A DNA stretch of 62,965 nucleotides, counting the filler, from Choristocarpus tenellus KU-1152 (lineage: Eukaryota; Protista; Phaeophyceae), in the NCBI GenBank assembly GCA_964200185.2. It is 11 parts of 11 records of this genome, joined end to end, with 100 filler letters (N's around TTAATTAATTAA, not from the genome) between each part and the next. Parts side by side here need not be neighbours in the genome. Positions count along the whole stretch, not along the records: positions 9,033 to 18,955 come from CAXNAD020003279.1; positions 19,056 to 22,267 come from CAXNAD020021503.1; positions 22,368 to 25,490 come from CAXNAD020022163.1; positions 25,591 to 29,692 come from CAXNAD020016202.1; 7 more parts are not named here. One strand, 5' to 3'. How positions within the stretch are numbered: the first letter of the stretch is position 1; every line of letters starts with the position of its first letter. The notes under the pieces were generated by a model. That model saw only the letters and a list, made by a program, of their open reading frames with translations. It searched no databases and was not told the origin of the DNA. The translations under genes and the position numbers were made by a program. Shown one piece after another: positions 13,012 through 26,142 of this stretch.

Positions 13012-16000
13012 TCACCCTCTTGACAATGTAAACAATAGATTCAAGGGCGGGATAGCATGGACTATGCACTTGGCAATGTTGTTCTCTTTTTTGTTGGGGG
13101 AAATATCTAGACTCTCCTTACTCTCTGTCTCTTGCTGCTGCTGCTGCTGCTAACAACTACTGCTTCTGAATGAATTTGAACTACAATGAGGTGCAATTAC
13201 CACTGAGGGGAAAACCCCCCCGACAGGTACCCAGAAAGTTGCGTTTGAGGGATGCAGACCGGTGTGTGCGAAATTCCACCCCCCCCTTTTTTTTCCACAA
13301 GCGAGTGTAGGAGGGTATACAAATTCTGTCAAAAAGAGTAAAAAAAATGAAGAGAAAACGATGCCAAGAAGTCAAACCTTCTTAAGCAACTTCACCCACA
13401 GAAATACGGACAAATTGAAATAGACTGAAAAAACTTCGACTTGGAGTTAAAAACGGCCAAAGCCTGGGCACCTCTCGCTTACTTTGACTCACTGGGATCA
13501 GTAAGCCCCTGTTAAACATTGTCTTTAACCCAGTGGATCCCTGTACGGTTGGAGTTGTGCGAGATGAAATACGGCCATTCAATGGTCTAAGTATGTGTAC
13601 TAGGCATTGAAAAATCCACCCAGAGCACACTTTGAGAAACGTTGATGCGCTCAATATAGAAACAAGACTAATTTGTAGCCTTCCCCAATGATACATTTGA
13701 TCTCTCTCTCCCTGAACGACTAATCCCGTGATGGTGTGCACATCACAACAGGTACACTATAATTAGGGGAAAAATGTGTATATATATATTTATATATTTT
13801 GACTATTAATGTTGTGAATCGTAGCAACTGAAATCACTGCCACTCCATCTTATCACAGAAATTAAACATTGCCAATTGAGGGGCTAGACCTGATTATGTG
13901 CTCTTTGTGCAAATGTGTGCCGTTGTGCTTTGCTTGTGCACGGACAGGAATCAAACGAAAAAATCACACAGGGACGTACGTATCTGTTGCACTTTGCCCC
14001 TGACCTTGGTTTTGTGTATGCCCTACGCTCCTTCAACAACCTCCTGCCAGGGCAGACACAAGTCTCAGGTTCCATACTCCTAGCTTTACCCCTCCCCTCT
14101 TTGTATCAGGAAAAGAACCCAGACAAGTTCATTTCAACCACTTCCTACTATGCCCCAGCAGCCAAAAGAGCATCACCTCACGGAATGCGACGTGCTCGGT
14201 CTCCCTGTCCCTGCCACTTGCTCCATTCCAGCGGTTCGTCCTACAACGACTGTCGCCTTAGTGGTCCCTCCAATTGTATGCCATTTACTTGGCAACTCTG
14301 CCCTTGATGTAGATCGCCCACTTCCCCCCCCTGATGATATATAGTGGTACACCAACCTGTCCTTTGGAGAGTCATTGAGGAATGGTAGAGGCAGGTCGGG
14401 TGATGACAGACCTCTCTCAGATGGCACGTGACTGCACGGAGGGCTGCATGGCCAAGACCTGTAATGTGGCGGGTGATGCAGGACTTATTTTGGTCGGTGG
14501 CTAGGGGGTGTTGCAAAACAGAACTATCCAGTTGACTCAGTGAGGCAGAAAGACCACTGCAATGGTGTATTGTTGCTTTTGGCACCATGTCCCCCACCTC
14601 TCAATCTTTTCAATGGCGTGATTATGTTTATTTTTGATTGTTTTTTGTTATGCAGATTTCGAAAGTACTTGCATATTTTCATTCTGCTTTGTTAAACTTT
14701 CAAATCACGCCTTTCCTAGTGTCGATCTGAGGATTGATTGTGAAGAGTGTGATTGTGTATCGTCCACCCCAGTTCTACTCTCGTCGTTGGGTTTGGGCAA
14801 GGCTAATACGTATGCATGGGGCATACACATCAGCAGTGTGATCCTTATTGTTTCCAATGAGTCTACTTCTATGTAGAAGGAATGCGTAATTGGGGTTAAG
14901 AAATAGGGAGTATATCAAAATAGGATTTGACCGCATGGGATATCACGGCTCACAGTAGTTTTCATTTGATGAAAGCAGTATACCATGGCCTGAAGCACTG
15001 TCTCTTTGTATCTGAGCAACAATGCTATGCGTACAAAAAAAAAAATCCTCTGAAGAGAAACCCAAGGCAGGATGTAAGGAGACTTTGTAGCCAACATGAT
15101 ACCTTTCAAACAGACAAGAGGGACCACATGAGTCAAAGTATCTTGGAGGGTAGAGTCGCGTCTGTTTGGGGGCCAAAATTCAATGTTGCAATTTTGATGT
15201 AATTTTGACTATCGTGTTTGTTAGGAGGTATCACTATCCTTGTTCAGGACACAACTTTTCATAACGTATACATTTTACCTACTGCGAAACATTTTGGAGT
15301 AGGAAAATGTCAAAACAAACCCTGTGGGAAGCCAAGCCCCAGACGGACAAATAGGGAAAAACTTGTACCCTCTAAGATACTTTCACTTCATTATTGATAC
15401 TTTGATTTTCCTTTGTGGTGAAGGCAGAAAGTAAACGAGGGGCACCAAGAGTTGCATTTCAAGAACACTGACAAGTGTGTACAAAATTAGGCCTTTTTTT
15501 GCAAAATGCGTACAAGATATTTTCTGAAACCTGTTGGAGTGAAAGTATCTTAGAGGGTACGAGTTTTGCCCTGTTTGTCCGTTTGAGGCTTGACTTCCCA
15601 CGGGTTTCTTAATTACATTTTCCTACTCTGAAATGTTTCGGAATAGGTAAAATGTATACGTTATGAAAAGATGTATCCGGAGCAAGGATATTGACACTTC
15701 CTAACAAACACAATAGCCAAAACTACATCAAAATCGCAACATTGGATTTCGACCCCTATTTGGACGCGGTCGTACCCTCTAAGATACTTTGACTCTTGAA
15801 AAGTCTCAAGCAATGGAGAAACCAACACTCTCAGGTCCATCTCATCACTTCATCCACAGAAATATGAGTGAATTACAAAATATTGAAAAATTGTCTTAAA
15901 GTGCAAAATTGCCAAAACGTGGGTACCTCTTGCTTCCTTTTGAATGTTGTGCAACATTGCCATATTGAAAATAGAGTTCTGGTGTATATCACATGAGATG

Positions 16001-17550
16001 GGACACCTTCATTGATTTTGATGTCCATCTTCTCTTAGCTTTAAATCTCTCCCTTTTTGCGATGTCTTGCTGACCATGGGTTTGTTTGGATCGAACGACA
16101 ATTGTGTGATAAAACCTCATTGTACAATGATAGTATTCATGACTATATGAGTTGCAGGTAATGGTGTGTACACATAGGGAGGCTGAGTTCCCACAGATAA
16201 TCTATCAGTTAAATGGGTCATTTCTCTTTTTATTAATATTCCACATGGTAGTTGTTACAGTGTTTTCCTCTTGCCTTGTTGAGGAGGTCACTGATCAAAT
16301 CTGTCTCTTTTGAGCTTGAAGCTCTTGTCAACGAGTAATTGATGCCCAATTTGAAATACCCACCCGGGTCTGAGTTCTCTGTCACGAAAGGTGTGAGGTT
16401 GGACACCTCTAACCTTGCCAACTTCGCCAAGCTTCCCCAGCAATAACTTCACATGACTCTCTAGCAGGGTACGGTCCAGTGCAGGAGGTATAGGTGGCCT
16501 CGTAGCAAGGCGATTGGACAGTTCCTCATTTTGGTCCTGACGTTTAGTGAGGGACAAAACATGCAAATGAGCTCGGCCCGACTGGGACTTAGTACATCTT
16601 GAATCCAACTTATTGGAATGGGGTTTGTCGTTAAAAACAATCGGCTTGATTGTGCAGCTACCTAGGAATCCACTGTCCACTTTGCACAGGCTTGAAAAAC
16701 ACTGCCGTTCAACCGGCGGGACATGATCTGGAGAAGGTGGGGCTAAAAATATACCTTGTGTCATTCGCCATGACTATCATCACGAGAACAAAATCGTTGT
16801 AACCATTACAAGACTCTCCCTACGGCGTGAACTCTATTCGGTCTTTGTTCAGGAAAAACATTATACCAACTCCAAGTAGATGTGCCTCCCATTATCCCCG
16901 AGTAGATAAAAGGGGTGCTGGTAGAAACAGTTTCAACTAGTGATGCGCCAACCGTCGTCCAATAAACTGGAGTCCAGTCGAAAGTCATAGTCCAGGACCA
17001 CATTGACAGATCCGACCCCTTGCTCGGTACCATAACGGCAACTTTTGTAGCCCTCACTCACCGTCAATTTATTATTGGGAGAGGTTTGCCCATTCACTCT
17101 TCTGAGCAAAAGCCAAAATTCACTCGCGGACTCACATGGGCATCCTTCAGGATGTCCTCGAGAGCTTCGACCTCCTTCCACAGACCCTCGTTGCGGTCGA
17201 TGATGCTCTCGCCAATGAGCCTTCGGATCGTAAATACCTGATACATATAATGGACACGACCATGATTGAGTTGGTTTGGAGTCTATTGCTGGATATCATT
17301 CGATACTTGAGAGATTTTTTGCACCCAGGACAAGAAATGAACTCACCTACATTATTCCCATCCCACGACTTCACAACCCTGGTCGTCAAGTTGATGCATC
17401 TTGTCTACAAGGACTTTCATCTTTTTGGTATCTTCTGTCTTGCACCTCCTGCTTTTGCAGTGTGGCCTCTATTCTCTCCCACATCGATTGCGGCCCTCCC
17501 TTATCTTGCTCCTCCTCGAATTTGTTGCACCTGGTGATGGGGCTTATCAT
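10613..17550 (-). CDS. CCDC24: CCDC24-like coiled-coil protein, at least 5 exons
   Basis: Exons: 17550-17446 (M...QSMWERIEATLQKQE), 17237-17136 (VFTIRRLIGESIIDRNEGLWKEVEALEDIL), 16536-16414 (PPALDRTLLESHVKLLLGKL), 12461-12359 (LSVATIDSALGELRSALNEEAK) and 11284-10613 (SLMDEVEDLTQLLEKE...PPTFEDLRQFSKKLE, TGA). Block order matches CCDC24 as I recall it. At least one internal exon between 16414 and 12461 is unresolved because the phase changes. Confidence 0.75.
12962..13006. repeat. (GA)n microsatellite
   Basis: Direct reading. Confidence 0.9.
15130..15388 (+). mobile_element. ~260-bp MITE (GAG...CTC TIR family), copy 1
   Basis: TIRs GAGTCAAAGTATCTTGGAGGGTA / TACCCTCTAAGATACTTTCACTT; flanks CAT/CAT. 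Confidence 0.92.
15537..15795 (-). mobile_element. MITE copy 2, inverted relative to copy 1
   Basis: GAGTGAAAGTATCTTAGAGGGTAC...TACCCTCTAAGATACTTTGACTC; flanks TTG/TTG. Confidence 0.95.
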
Positions 17551-19129
17551 TTTAATGGTGAATATTTACGATGGCAACGAGGTTTTGCGTTTGCATATTC
17601 ATGTAGGGACAATATCAGCTGCAAGATGATGTGTTTCTCTTCAGTTTCGTTTCCGTTTCAGGAAGTGGACAATATCAGTTCTTGAGCTTTAGTTCGATTA
17701 ATTAACTGGGCTGAGAAGTTCAGTTATCGTTCTTTCTGAAATCACAACACAACCAGAAATAATACTACTACTGAAGAATGTGTCAAAGGTCACAGGATCA
17801 CATAATATACTCCCTATATATTATTATGCCCTCTGACATTTTACATGTAATATTGTCCCAAGCTGTCACTATACCCCCAACTCACTACACATCTCATTGC
17901 TCATGGGTTCGGATCTGCCTTCTGAGTCCTTCGGAGATTTTGGAGTATTTGCCTCCTATCACTACTACTCGTGGTTCAACAGTAGTGCAATTCGATAAAT
18001 GGAGTTATGGAATATTTTCCCACACCATCTAATCTGAAGTCGTAGTTTTCTTTTTTTTTGAAAGGGTGGCCCAACGAGTTCAACGACGATGAGCATATCA
18101 AATTAAGGTCTGGATCTAAGCTATTGACTGATGCAATGGAATTTGTTCGGAAAAGTTTAACCAAATGTTTTCGACACAACCTTGGAAATGTTCCGGAATG
18201 AATTATCATTTTTTTTCCGAAATAATTTATTTCCATCAGTCGATAGCCCAGATCCAGAGCTTTCATTTGATATGCTCATCGTCGATTAAACCGTTGGGCA
18301 ACCTTTTAAACAAAAACAAGATTGGTAACCGCCAAAACGACATGTGGGCGGACCTCGGCTTCATTCGGTTTAAGCCACTCACAGGACACTGTGACACACA
18401 ATGAGCTCCGAGTCGTGGCCTGCCCCTCACAGGACACTGTGAATTGAACCCGATAGAGATGGTCTGTGGCCGGGCGAAGCACTATGTACGAGGCCACTGG
18501 GACCATATGTTGCCTGCACCTTCAGAATACCTCATTTGACTTGGCATGGATTATCTGGTTCAGAGGCTCGGCCCAATGACTGAGCCTTAGTCAGCAGGTG
18601 ACAACATCGCATAAACGGGAAATAATAGAAAGACAATGGAGAGACAACAACGTGCATGTTCTCTGGGTGAAGATGGCCTCTTTTGCCGTCAAAATCATCC
18701 TAAAATGCGCGGTTCCCGCGCGCGGACTACTTGACTTAAGTATGGTCCTGTATTTCTCACGATTACTGGAAGTTGACCAACCAAGACTCATCAAGTAAGG
18801 TGAAGCATGTTGATGCGATTGCAGCAAACAAATTTTCAAAATTTGTTGATCAAAATTTATGGCACGACAAAGTTGATGCAGGAGGTGATGTTACAGGCGA
18901 GTAGCGCGAGTATTTCTTCCCGCGCTTTGACTGACGCGAGCAGTATACGCGCGTGNNNNNNNNNNNNNNNNNNNNNNNNNNNNNNNNNNNNNNNNNNNNT
19001 TAATTAATTAANNNNNNNNNNNNNNNNNNNNNNNNNNNNNNNNNNNNNNNNNNNNACTCCGGATCACTCTCGGTGCATCCACAGCCCCCTTGTCCTCATC
19101 CCATTGTAAACAAAACTTAAATTTGACAG

Positions 19130-19477
19130 GCTGCCACGCTGGCACCCTCTGACAAGGCTATACGTCTGGCCCTGAAGAGCTTGCGGATGAAGCAAAAGGA
19201 ACATGCCCAAGCAACCAGAAAGTTGTGGGGTGGCATATTCAAGTCACGCCAGAAGGTGACAGCTGGCTCTAAACCAGGTAGATTGCGGACTGTTAATGAT
19301 GCTGCAAGTGGGGGTGACCAGGAAATCAGTGATCCCCGCGAAGGAAAGGGTGGGAAAGCTGACCGATCGGCGATGAAGGTTTCGGACTCAAGGTGGTGGC
19401 TTTTGGCTGCTATTGTGGGATTGGTGGCTGCAGGAGTAGCTGGGGTGTTGCTTGGTCGGCAACGAAACATATCATGA
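19130..19477 (+). CDS. Terminal exon of a tail-anchored TPR protein (FKBP38/FKBP42-like C-terminus)
   Basis: CAG acceptor, then AATLAPSDKAIRLALKSLRMKQKEHAQATRKLWGGIF (last TPR helix plus capping helix pattern). It ends in hydrophobic WWLLAAIVGLVAAGVAGVLLG, a short basic tail and TGA. Confidence 0.7.
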   Translation, partial: AATLAPSDKAIRLALKSLRMKQKEHAQATRKLWGGIFKSRQKVTAGSKPGRLRTVNDAASGGDQEISDPREGKGGKADRSAMKVSDSRWWLLAAIVGLVAAGVAGVLLGRQRNIS

Positions 19478-21289
19478 AATGACAATGCTGTATGTGTTGC
19501 ATTGGCTTTCTTCTCTTGGCGAGGACCTCACCCTTGTGTGACACTTGTTAGGGTCTATTTGCGCTGTGGACAAAGAACTGCTACATAGTTGGTTCTTCCT
19601 CTCAACTGTATTCTCAATCCTTGAGCAAGAGAAGACACCTGATTCCTTACCCGGTCAACAAAATAAGATTTGATGTCGGAGCAACCCATCTGTATAGGAA
19701 CATTTGTTGATCACTTAGGGTGAGGATACCCCTTTATTGTCCTTCTCATCTAATCATGTGCTCCTAGCTCTCACTAAACGGAATAGAACAATGACAGACA
19801 ATGCCAACCAAGCAACGAAGGTTAAGTAACTACTGTCTGTCAAGGGGTTTGGCAAGTTGTTTCGGTGATGCACGGACTCAGCACATATTATATCACGCAA
19901 GTGTTTTCTCGGAGAAGTGCCCACTATTGTCTGTCATCTCTGTGGACGGTTTACTGCTGAATCAATAAGAAAGTGCCTACCAATACTGGCTCCTCATGCC
20001 CTGTTGATGTTACTATACTCCAACCTGCTTTTTTTTATAGTACTGCTTAATATGCCAAGAGACTTTGTCCCTTGTAACTCATGATGGTGATTATGTTTGT
20101 ATTTTGTTTTCTTCATCACATTGTGGTGCTCAGGTTCCTTGCACCTCTAGTGTACTCGTACCGCTGATGAATACCATTAGGCAGTCAGCATGGTCGTTCA
20201 TTCATGGACAAGACCATACCTTTTGACATTACTCATCTACTGGAATTCTCCAGTGAATATCATGAGGGATTTGAATTTTATGTTCGAGAACAAGTGGTAA
20301 ACTCTTGATGACCCTCCAACTGTTACCACCTGAGAGGGCTGCAGTAGGAATGAAGGTGACACAGAAATCTGCTGTGGACAACCAACTCCTCGACTGCTAT
20401 CCCCTTCCCTAATGGTTTTGTCATTTCTGGTCATCGGAATATGGTAAGAGCACGCAAATTGGGTAGGTTGGCCGTCAGGCATGTTGTGTATGATTGCGAG
20501 AATTAAAAGAACTTAAAATAGGTGATGTCTTGGATCCAACCACTGTGAGGCATGAACTGGAGTTATTGCACAGAACCCCTTCAGGAAAATTGTCCATTAC
20601 AAAAGCAGACTCACCTTTCAAAAAAGCTTTCGAAACACTGAGCCTAATCGTACAACAAGAGAAGAGGGACTACCACATTTCATTATTTTAGGGTACAGGC
20701 AGCAGGGACAGGTAATAAGTATGTTAATATTTGAAGTATTGCCCATATATTGTATGGTGTGGGATCACTGCTCTAATATCCCCTAATCAGCCTCACTGGC
20801 TGATCCCTTACTTCGAAGTATTGAGGAACCATCACAAGGGAGCTCAGAGGCTTACCTGACTCCACTAACAAGTGGTGGGGAGGAACGGTGGAAGAGTCCA
20901 TTTCACCTAGGACATTGCATTGCAGCAGTGAGAAGAAGCGATTACTTTAGTTGTGAAAGTGAGAAGTAATGTGAGACCATCACTTCTTGAGAACAGGAGG
21001 CACCTATTTGTACTCCAAAAAGTATCAAGAGTCTAGTCACCATTACTGGTCATACTACGGAAGTATGTGTATGCTTCGTAGCATAGTATCTACTTCGAAT
21101 ATTGTACTCCCTCCTCTTGCCTCCCATTCGGACGATTTGAGGCCAAATTGGAGATTTCCACCAACCACATATTGTGGGGAATGGCAGATCGATGTGATGC
21201 CGTAAGGAATACTTTCAACATATTATGTGAATATTTTTCATTGGTTTTTCCCCTGACACATCTGTAAAATGTCAGAGGGCATAAAAAAA

Positions 21290-22121
21290 ATGTTGTAACA
21301 GTAGCCCCAAAGTCACACGTTGGCATGCATTTAAGTGTATTTGACATATTTGAGTTCATGTCCCAGTGTTGGATTGAGTTTTGGTGATTTTGATACTAAG
21401 TGTGAGTTGAGTGTATATGCTGATGCTAGTTATGCTGGAGACTGCAATGATCGTAGATCAGTGAGTGGAGACGCCATAATGTTTGCTGGAGGAGTAATAT
21501 CTTGGATGTCTAAAGCACAAAACGTTGTAGCTCTGTCTTCGATGGAGAGTGAGTATATAGCCCTTAGCAGTGTGGCACAGGAATTGCTTTTCTTGAGAAG
21601 TGTTTTTGAGTTTATTCAGCCCCAATTTTCTAGGCGTTGCATTGACATGTTTGAGGATAACGATGGTGCATGCAAACTAGTACGCAATGCCACAAGCTCT
21701 ACTAGAACAAAGCACATTGATGTCCGACATCATTTTCTGAGGTACTTAGCTAGAGAAAGATATTCGTGTTGTTTTTGTTGGTCTACAAACCAAACAGCTG
21801 ATGTGTTGACCAAGAATTTGTCAATAAGAATTTATAGACAGCATTTAAAGTTTTTGATAAAGATGTAGAGGGATGACATGTGTGTAGTTAATACTTTTTA
21901 CTATGATTGTTTCAGAGTTAATACTTGTTTTCAACAAAGGGAGGATGTCGAATAACGTAGTAGTGTTATCCTTACGTCGTAGTATGTGTTGATACAAGTA
22001 TATCACATACTTTTCATGTTTTCATGTACGTTCATCTTTGGTTTAATACAAAATTGTAACGTGCAAAATGGTATGATGAGTAGCTGTACGATGAGTCAAT
22101 GTTTACTGGTGATATTCCACA
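21290..22121 (+). mobile_element. Ty1/copia 3' remnant: RT end, RNase H, PPT and 3' LTR
   Basis: ORF 21335-21868 reads VYADASYAGDCNDRRSVSG...ISWMSKAQNVVALSSMESEYIAL...EDN...RTKHIDVRHHFLR. PPT AAAGGGAGGA precedes an LTR at 21946-22121 with inverted ends TGTCGAATA / TATTCCACA. Confidence 0.92.
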
Positions 22122-22499
22122 TCTAAAAAACAATTGAAAATTCAATGTATAGTTACATATATTATTATGCCAGCAATGGTGCAGCTGCTGCTGCAGCCGA
22201 GGCGTGAAAGCGCACCCACTACAAGGGCTCCTTTAATCGTTGTAGTTATAACCTCAACACCTTTGCGNNNNNNNNNNNNNNNNNNNNNNNNNNNNNNNNN
22301 NNNNNNNNNNNTTAATTAATTAANNNNNNNNNNNNNNNNNNNNNNNNNNNNNNNNNNNNNNNNNNNNACCAGGTTGAAGAAATTGGTAGGTAAACAGGGG
22401 TGCAGGGGTGCCATACCACATTTCATTTGTGATTTACAACCAGGGTTAGCCGTGGTTGATGTGCGATTGAGCGAGTCACAAACATAGTGTTGAGCTTCA

Positions 22500-22761
22500 G
22501 AGTGAAAGTATCTTAGAGGGTACGAGTTTTGCCCTGTTTGTCCATTTGGGGCTTGGCTTGGCTTCCCTCAGGGTATTTTAAGACATTACCTACTCGGAAA
22601 ATTTTCGGAATAGGTAAAATGTGTACGTTGTAAAAAGGTGCATCGAGAACAAATATATTGACACTCCTAACAAACACGATAGACAAAATTTCATCAAAAT
22701 CGCAACATTGGATTTTGGTCCCCAAATGGACGCGGCGCTACCCTCTAAGATACTTTGGCTC
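22500..22761 (-). mobile_element. MITE copy 3
   Basis: Full TIRs; perfect 4-bp duplication TTCA/TTCA. Confidence 0.95.
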
Positions 22762-22765
22762 TTCA

Positions 22766-25369
22766 GTCCATAAGCAGTCTGTCTTGGGGATGGTAACATG
22801 GGTAAAACGTAGTGGAACTTGAAAGTGGGCAGATAATGAAGCTTCATCAATAATACCCAGCACTCATTCAGCAACCCCATTAAATTGAGGGCTGTCTGCA
22901 GGTATGAACTCCTGTCTTATCCCATGTTCACGACAAAGAGCACCGAAAGCACCCTCATAAAATCCCCCCCCGGTATCAGACCGCACACACATGACCCGAA
23001 AGGGAGTATCATCAGCCTGGATATCGTCGGCCAGGTACTTCTTGAAGGCTTTGACGGCATCCGACATAGCACGAAGGAAGTACAACAAAACGAAACGAGA
23101 ATAATCATCCCGGATTATCATGGTGTATTATTTACCACCAATTGAAAGGGTAGCCCTCTTCCCACTTAGATTCAGCTTTCTTACCACCCTTGAAGACGTG
23201 CTGGACCGGACGCCCTTCCGTATGCCCTTGATCATAGAGCAGCCCGCACATGGCTCCAGCTCTCTCACCAATGTAATTAATACTCATTGAAGTGGTGGTG
23301 GACTTAAGGCAATGCCTCGTGTGCGTGGCCATAAGAGCGGTGGAAGAGGTTAATATCGATCTCCGTGTGGAGAGCGTGAGGAGCAAGCGAGGGGGCTATA
23401 GTGACCTTTAAAGCAAGTTCAGTCTTTCGATCTAGTCGCGGCAATATGCGTTGACCATGTAGGGTGTAGTGGCAACCAGGATCTCTTGTGAAGGTTACTA
23501 TTCCATCCAACAACGATCCATCTAACAAAGAGAATGTGCTGGCAGTGAAAATGCTTTTCGCACCCTTATCATCTGCTGCTTGGCAAGAATAAAGAATTGA
23601 ATCCTAGATCAGGGACATGGGCGACATTTTGAAGGATCATTTCTACCTCTTTGTTGTCAGGTGACGGAAACAAGATGGTTAGATCACCATCACAGCGATG
23701 CAAAGGGATTTTTGCTGCAAGTGACTACACTTTGGTCTCCAACGCAAGGCTTGTAATTTGTCATGGATTTCACCCTATTTTTTTTGTGACATGAAGCCGC
23801 ACTGTCCATTCTTCTCTCTCGCGGCCAACCCTAACACTTGACAACAAACATTTGTTTGCCCCACAGTTGCCTGGAGCATTGCTGCTCGGAGAGTCCTCAG
23901 TGGCGACCAGTAGTGCGTATTGCTCGTTGTTGCCACATCTGGTGGTACTTTCACAGTAATGTGGGAAGGATTCGCCACAGTCTTGATCTCTTCCTTCCCA
24001 GACTGCACCGTAGTCAAGAACACCAAAGTGCATGTAGTTGCATCATGGGCACGTTCACCACATTTGGTGCAAATGCGGTTTGGGCAAGCTCTTTTTTCAT
24101 GTCCATGCTTACCGCATCTATCACAAGGAATCTTCTCGGAACCTTTTGGGTTGGAATTAGAAACATGTTTCTTTCTTCCACCATAAAATTTAGGTTCGTC
24201 CCTGCGACCTTGGCCGTTGCGATGAGACTGATTCTTCCCATGCGATGAGCTGTTAACAACCAAAGCATGACTGTTCTTGTGTCTTGAGTCCTTGCCCTGA
24301 TGAAGGGAAGCATATCGCTCTCTAGCAGTTTACGTCTGCTCGATATACTGTTATCTGTGAGGCCATCATGCGTATCTCCGTTTCGTAATCTGATCCAAGA
24401 GCACTCAGGAACTGTAGGAGCACCAGCTTGTCCGAGATCACCAGGTCCATTGATTGCATCCTCCCCCAAAGCTCTTCCAGGTGGTTTAGAGTAAAAGTAT
24501 CCCAGAGGGTACAAGTTTTCCCTCTCCGTCCATTTGGGGCTTGGCTTCCCTTGAGGTGTTTATGATATTTTACCTACTCTAAAAGATTTCTAAGATACTT
24601 TGGCTCTTGAAGTCAGGATCGGATTCGACCCTTTCTCCACCTTTGACGTGAAAAACTCATGGAACAAATGTTGGCTATTACCCACTGTATTGGGCATGAA
24701 CCAATCATCTATTGCTCGGAAAAGCTTGCTCGGGCTTTGGTGCGTATAGCACAGTGCCCTGGTGGTGGGTGCAACGAGAGCAACAGTAAGTGCATGGTAG
24801 GCCTCTTCGGCCATCAAAATATCATTCGCACTGAAGCCGTCCGAGAGAAGTTCTTACTAGGAGCGTTCTTGATTGACTGGTCTTTCACTTGTCAACGCAT
24901 CCAAACAGTGAGCATATCTGTAATGAACGATAAAACGCCTCCGCCAGTCCCGGTAGTTCGAGTCGTCCAATAGCTTTGGTGGTTGGGTTCTTGATCTCTT
25001 TGTCGTAGGGCGAACAATATTTGCGCCTGTCCCCAAGCTCTCCGAAGAACCGGACTTCCGGCTTGCAACACTTCTGATGCTCACAGCATCCAAACTGTTT
25101 TCCCTCTCCGGGAAATTTTCCCTCAACATGGGTTCCATAGGACTCAATTTGACTGGTACGCCCCCAGCCGGAGGATGTGTGCTGGGCACAGCGGCCTGGA
25201 CGACGAGATGATTTCCGTCGCCAACTCTTTCGGACTGAACCATGAGATTGCCAACGTTTCTTGACAACTCCGCTACCGTTGCCATAAGCTGTCTGAATTC
25301 TTGGAAAGATAAGCCCTCGGAAGGAACAGGTACCCGAAATTCTTGAATCACATCTCCTCGTGTAGACAT
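22766..25369 (-). mobile_element. Decayed Ty1/copia gag-protease-integrase
   Basis: Gag (LLDDSNYRDWRRRF), two CCHC knuckles (CDRCGKHGHEKRAC, CTKCGERAHDATTC), protease DSAASCH, pre-integrase LFHRSYGH and integrase IRDDYSRF...VRSDTGG...SPQFNGVAE. Frameshifted. Confidence 0.93.
24489..24606 (-). mobile_element. Internally deleted MITE copy inside the copia gag
   Basis: Both TIRs are present with about 140 bp missing; flanks TTTA/TTGA. Confidence 0.85.
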
Positions 25370-26000
25370 GATGAGATAATGGGTGAAAAACTAAGGTGAG
25401 CAGTTTCGGTGATAGGTGGGGGTGGGTCTTGAGCAATTTCTGTGATGTGGTAGTGGGGGGTCTTGAGCAGTTTCGGTGATAGGTGGGGGTNNNNNNNNNN
25501 NNNNNNNNNNNNNNNNNNNNNNNNNNNNNNNNNNTTAATTAATTAANNNNNNNNNNNNNNNNNNNNNNNNNNNNNNNNNNNNNNNNNNNNGGGCACAGGA
25601 GTAGGTAGATGGGAAGCTAAGGAAGACAGTAGTACAACATTTGATAGTAGTGGTGAAGTAACTGATTAGTGGTTTCCACACTTACAATGCTTTATAGTGT
25701 TCTTACGTTTAGGATATTTTATTTCTTTAGGACTAATAACCACACATATATAGTTTTCATTGATTTCCCCCGACACATCTATCTGCAAAATGTCAGAGTG
25801 CATAATAATATAAATACACAACATGTAATGTTTGGAACTCTTCAGTCCAAAAAACATATGACTCTATATTATATCCGAAACACTCAGGACCAAAACATAA
25901 AGGACACATGTTGACATTCTATGGCGACGTACGTCATGGCATAGTACAAAATACTACCACGCGTTACAACAATTGATTTATGAGATATCGTAAGACTTAC

Positions 26001-26142
26001 TCTCCATGATGCTGTGGAGAGTACGGACTCTAGCACAGCCTGCACAACGGGTCAAACCAGGGGCAACATCTTCCCCCGTCCATAGCCTCTCAAAAATGTT
26101 TCCAACAGCATGACTAGCAAGTAACATCAGATCCAGTGTCAC
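26001..26142 (-). CDS. Probable internal exon of an unidentified gene
   Basis: TAG acceptor, GTAAG donor and open frame VTLDLMLLASHAVGNIFERLWTGEDVAPGLTRCAGCARVRTLHSIME. No family recognised. Confidence 0.45.

Noticed and set aside
17136-17537. 133-aa plus-strand ORF
   Set aside because: Antisense shadow of CCDC24-like exons and intron.
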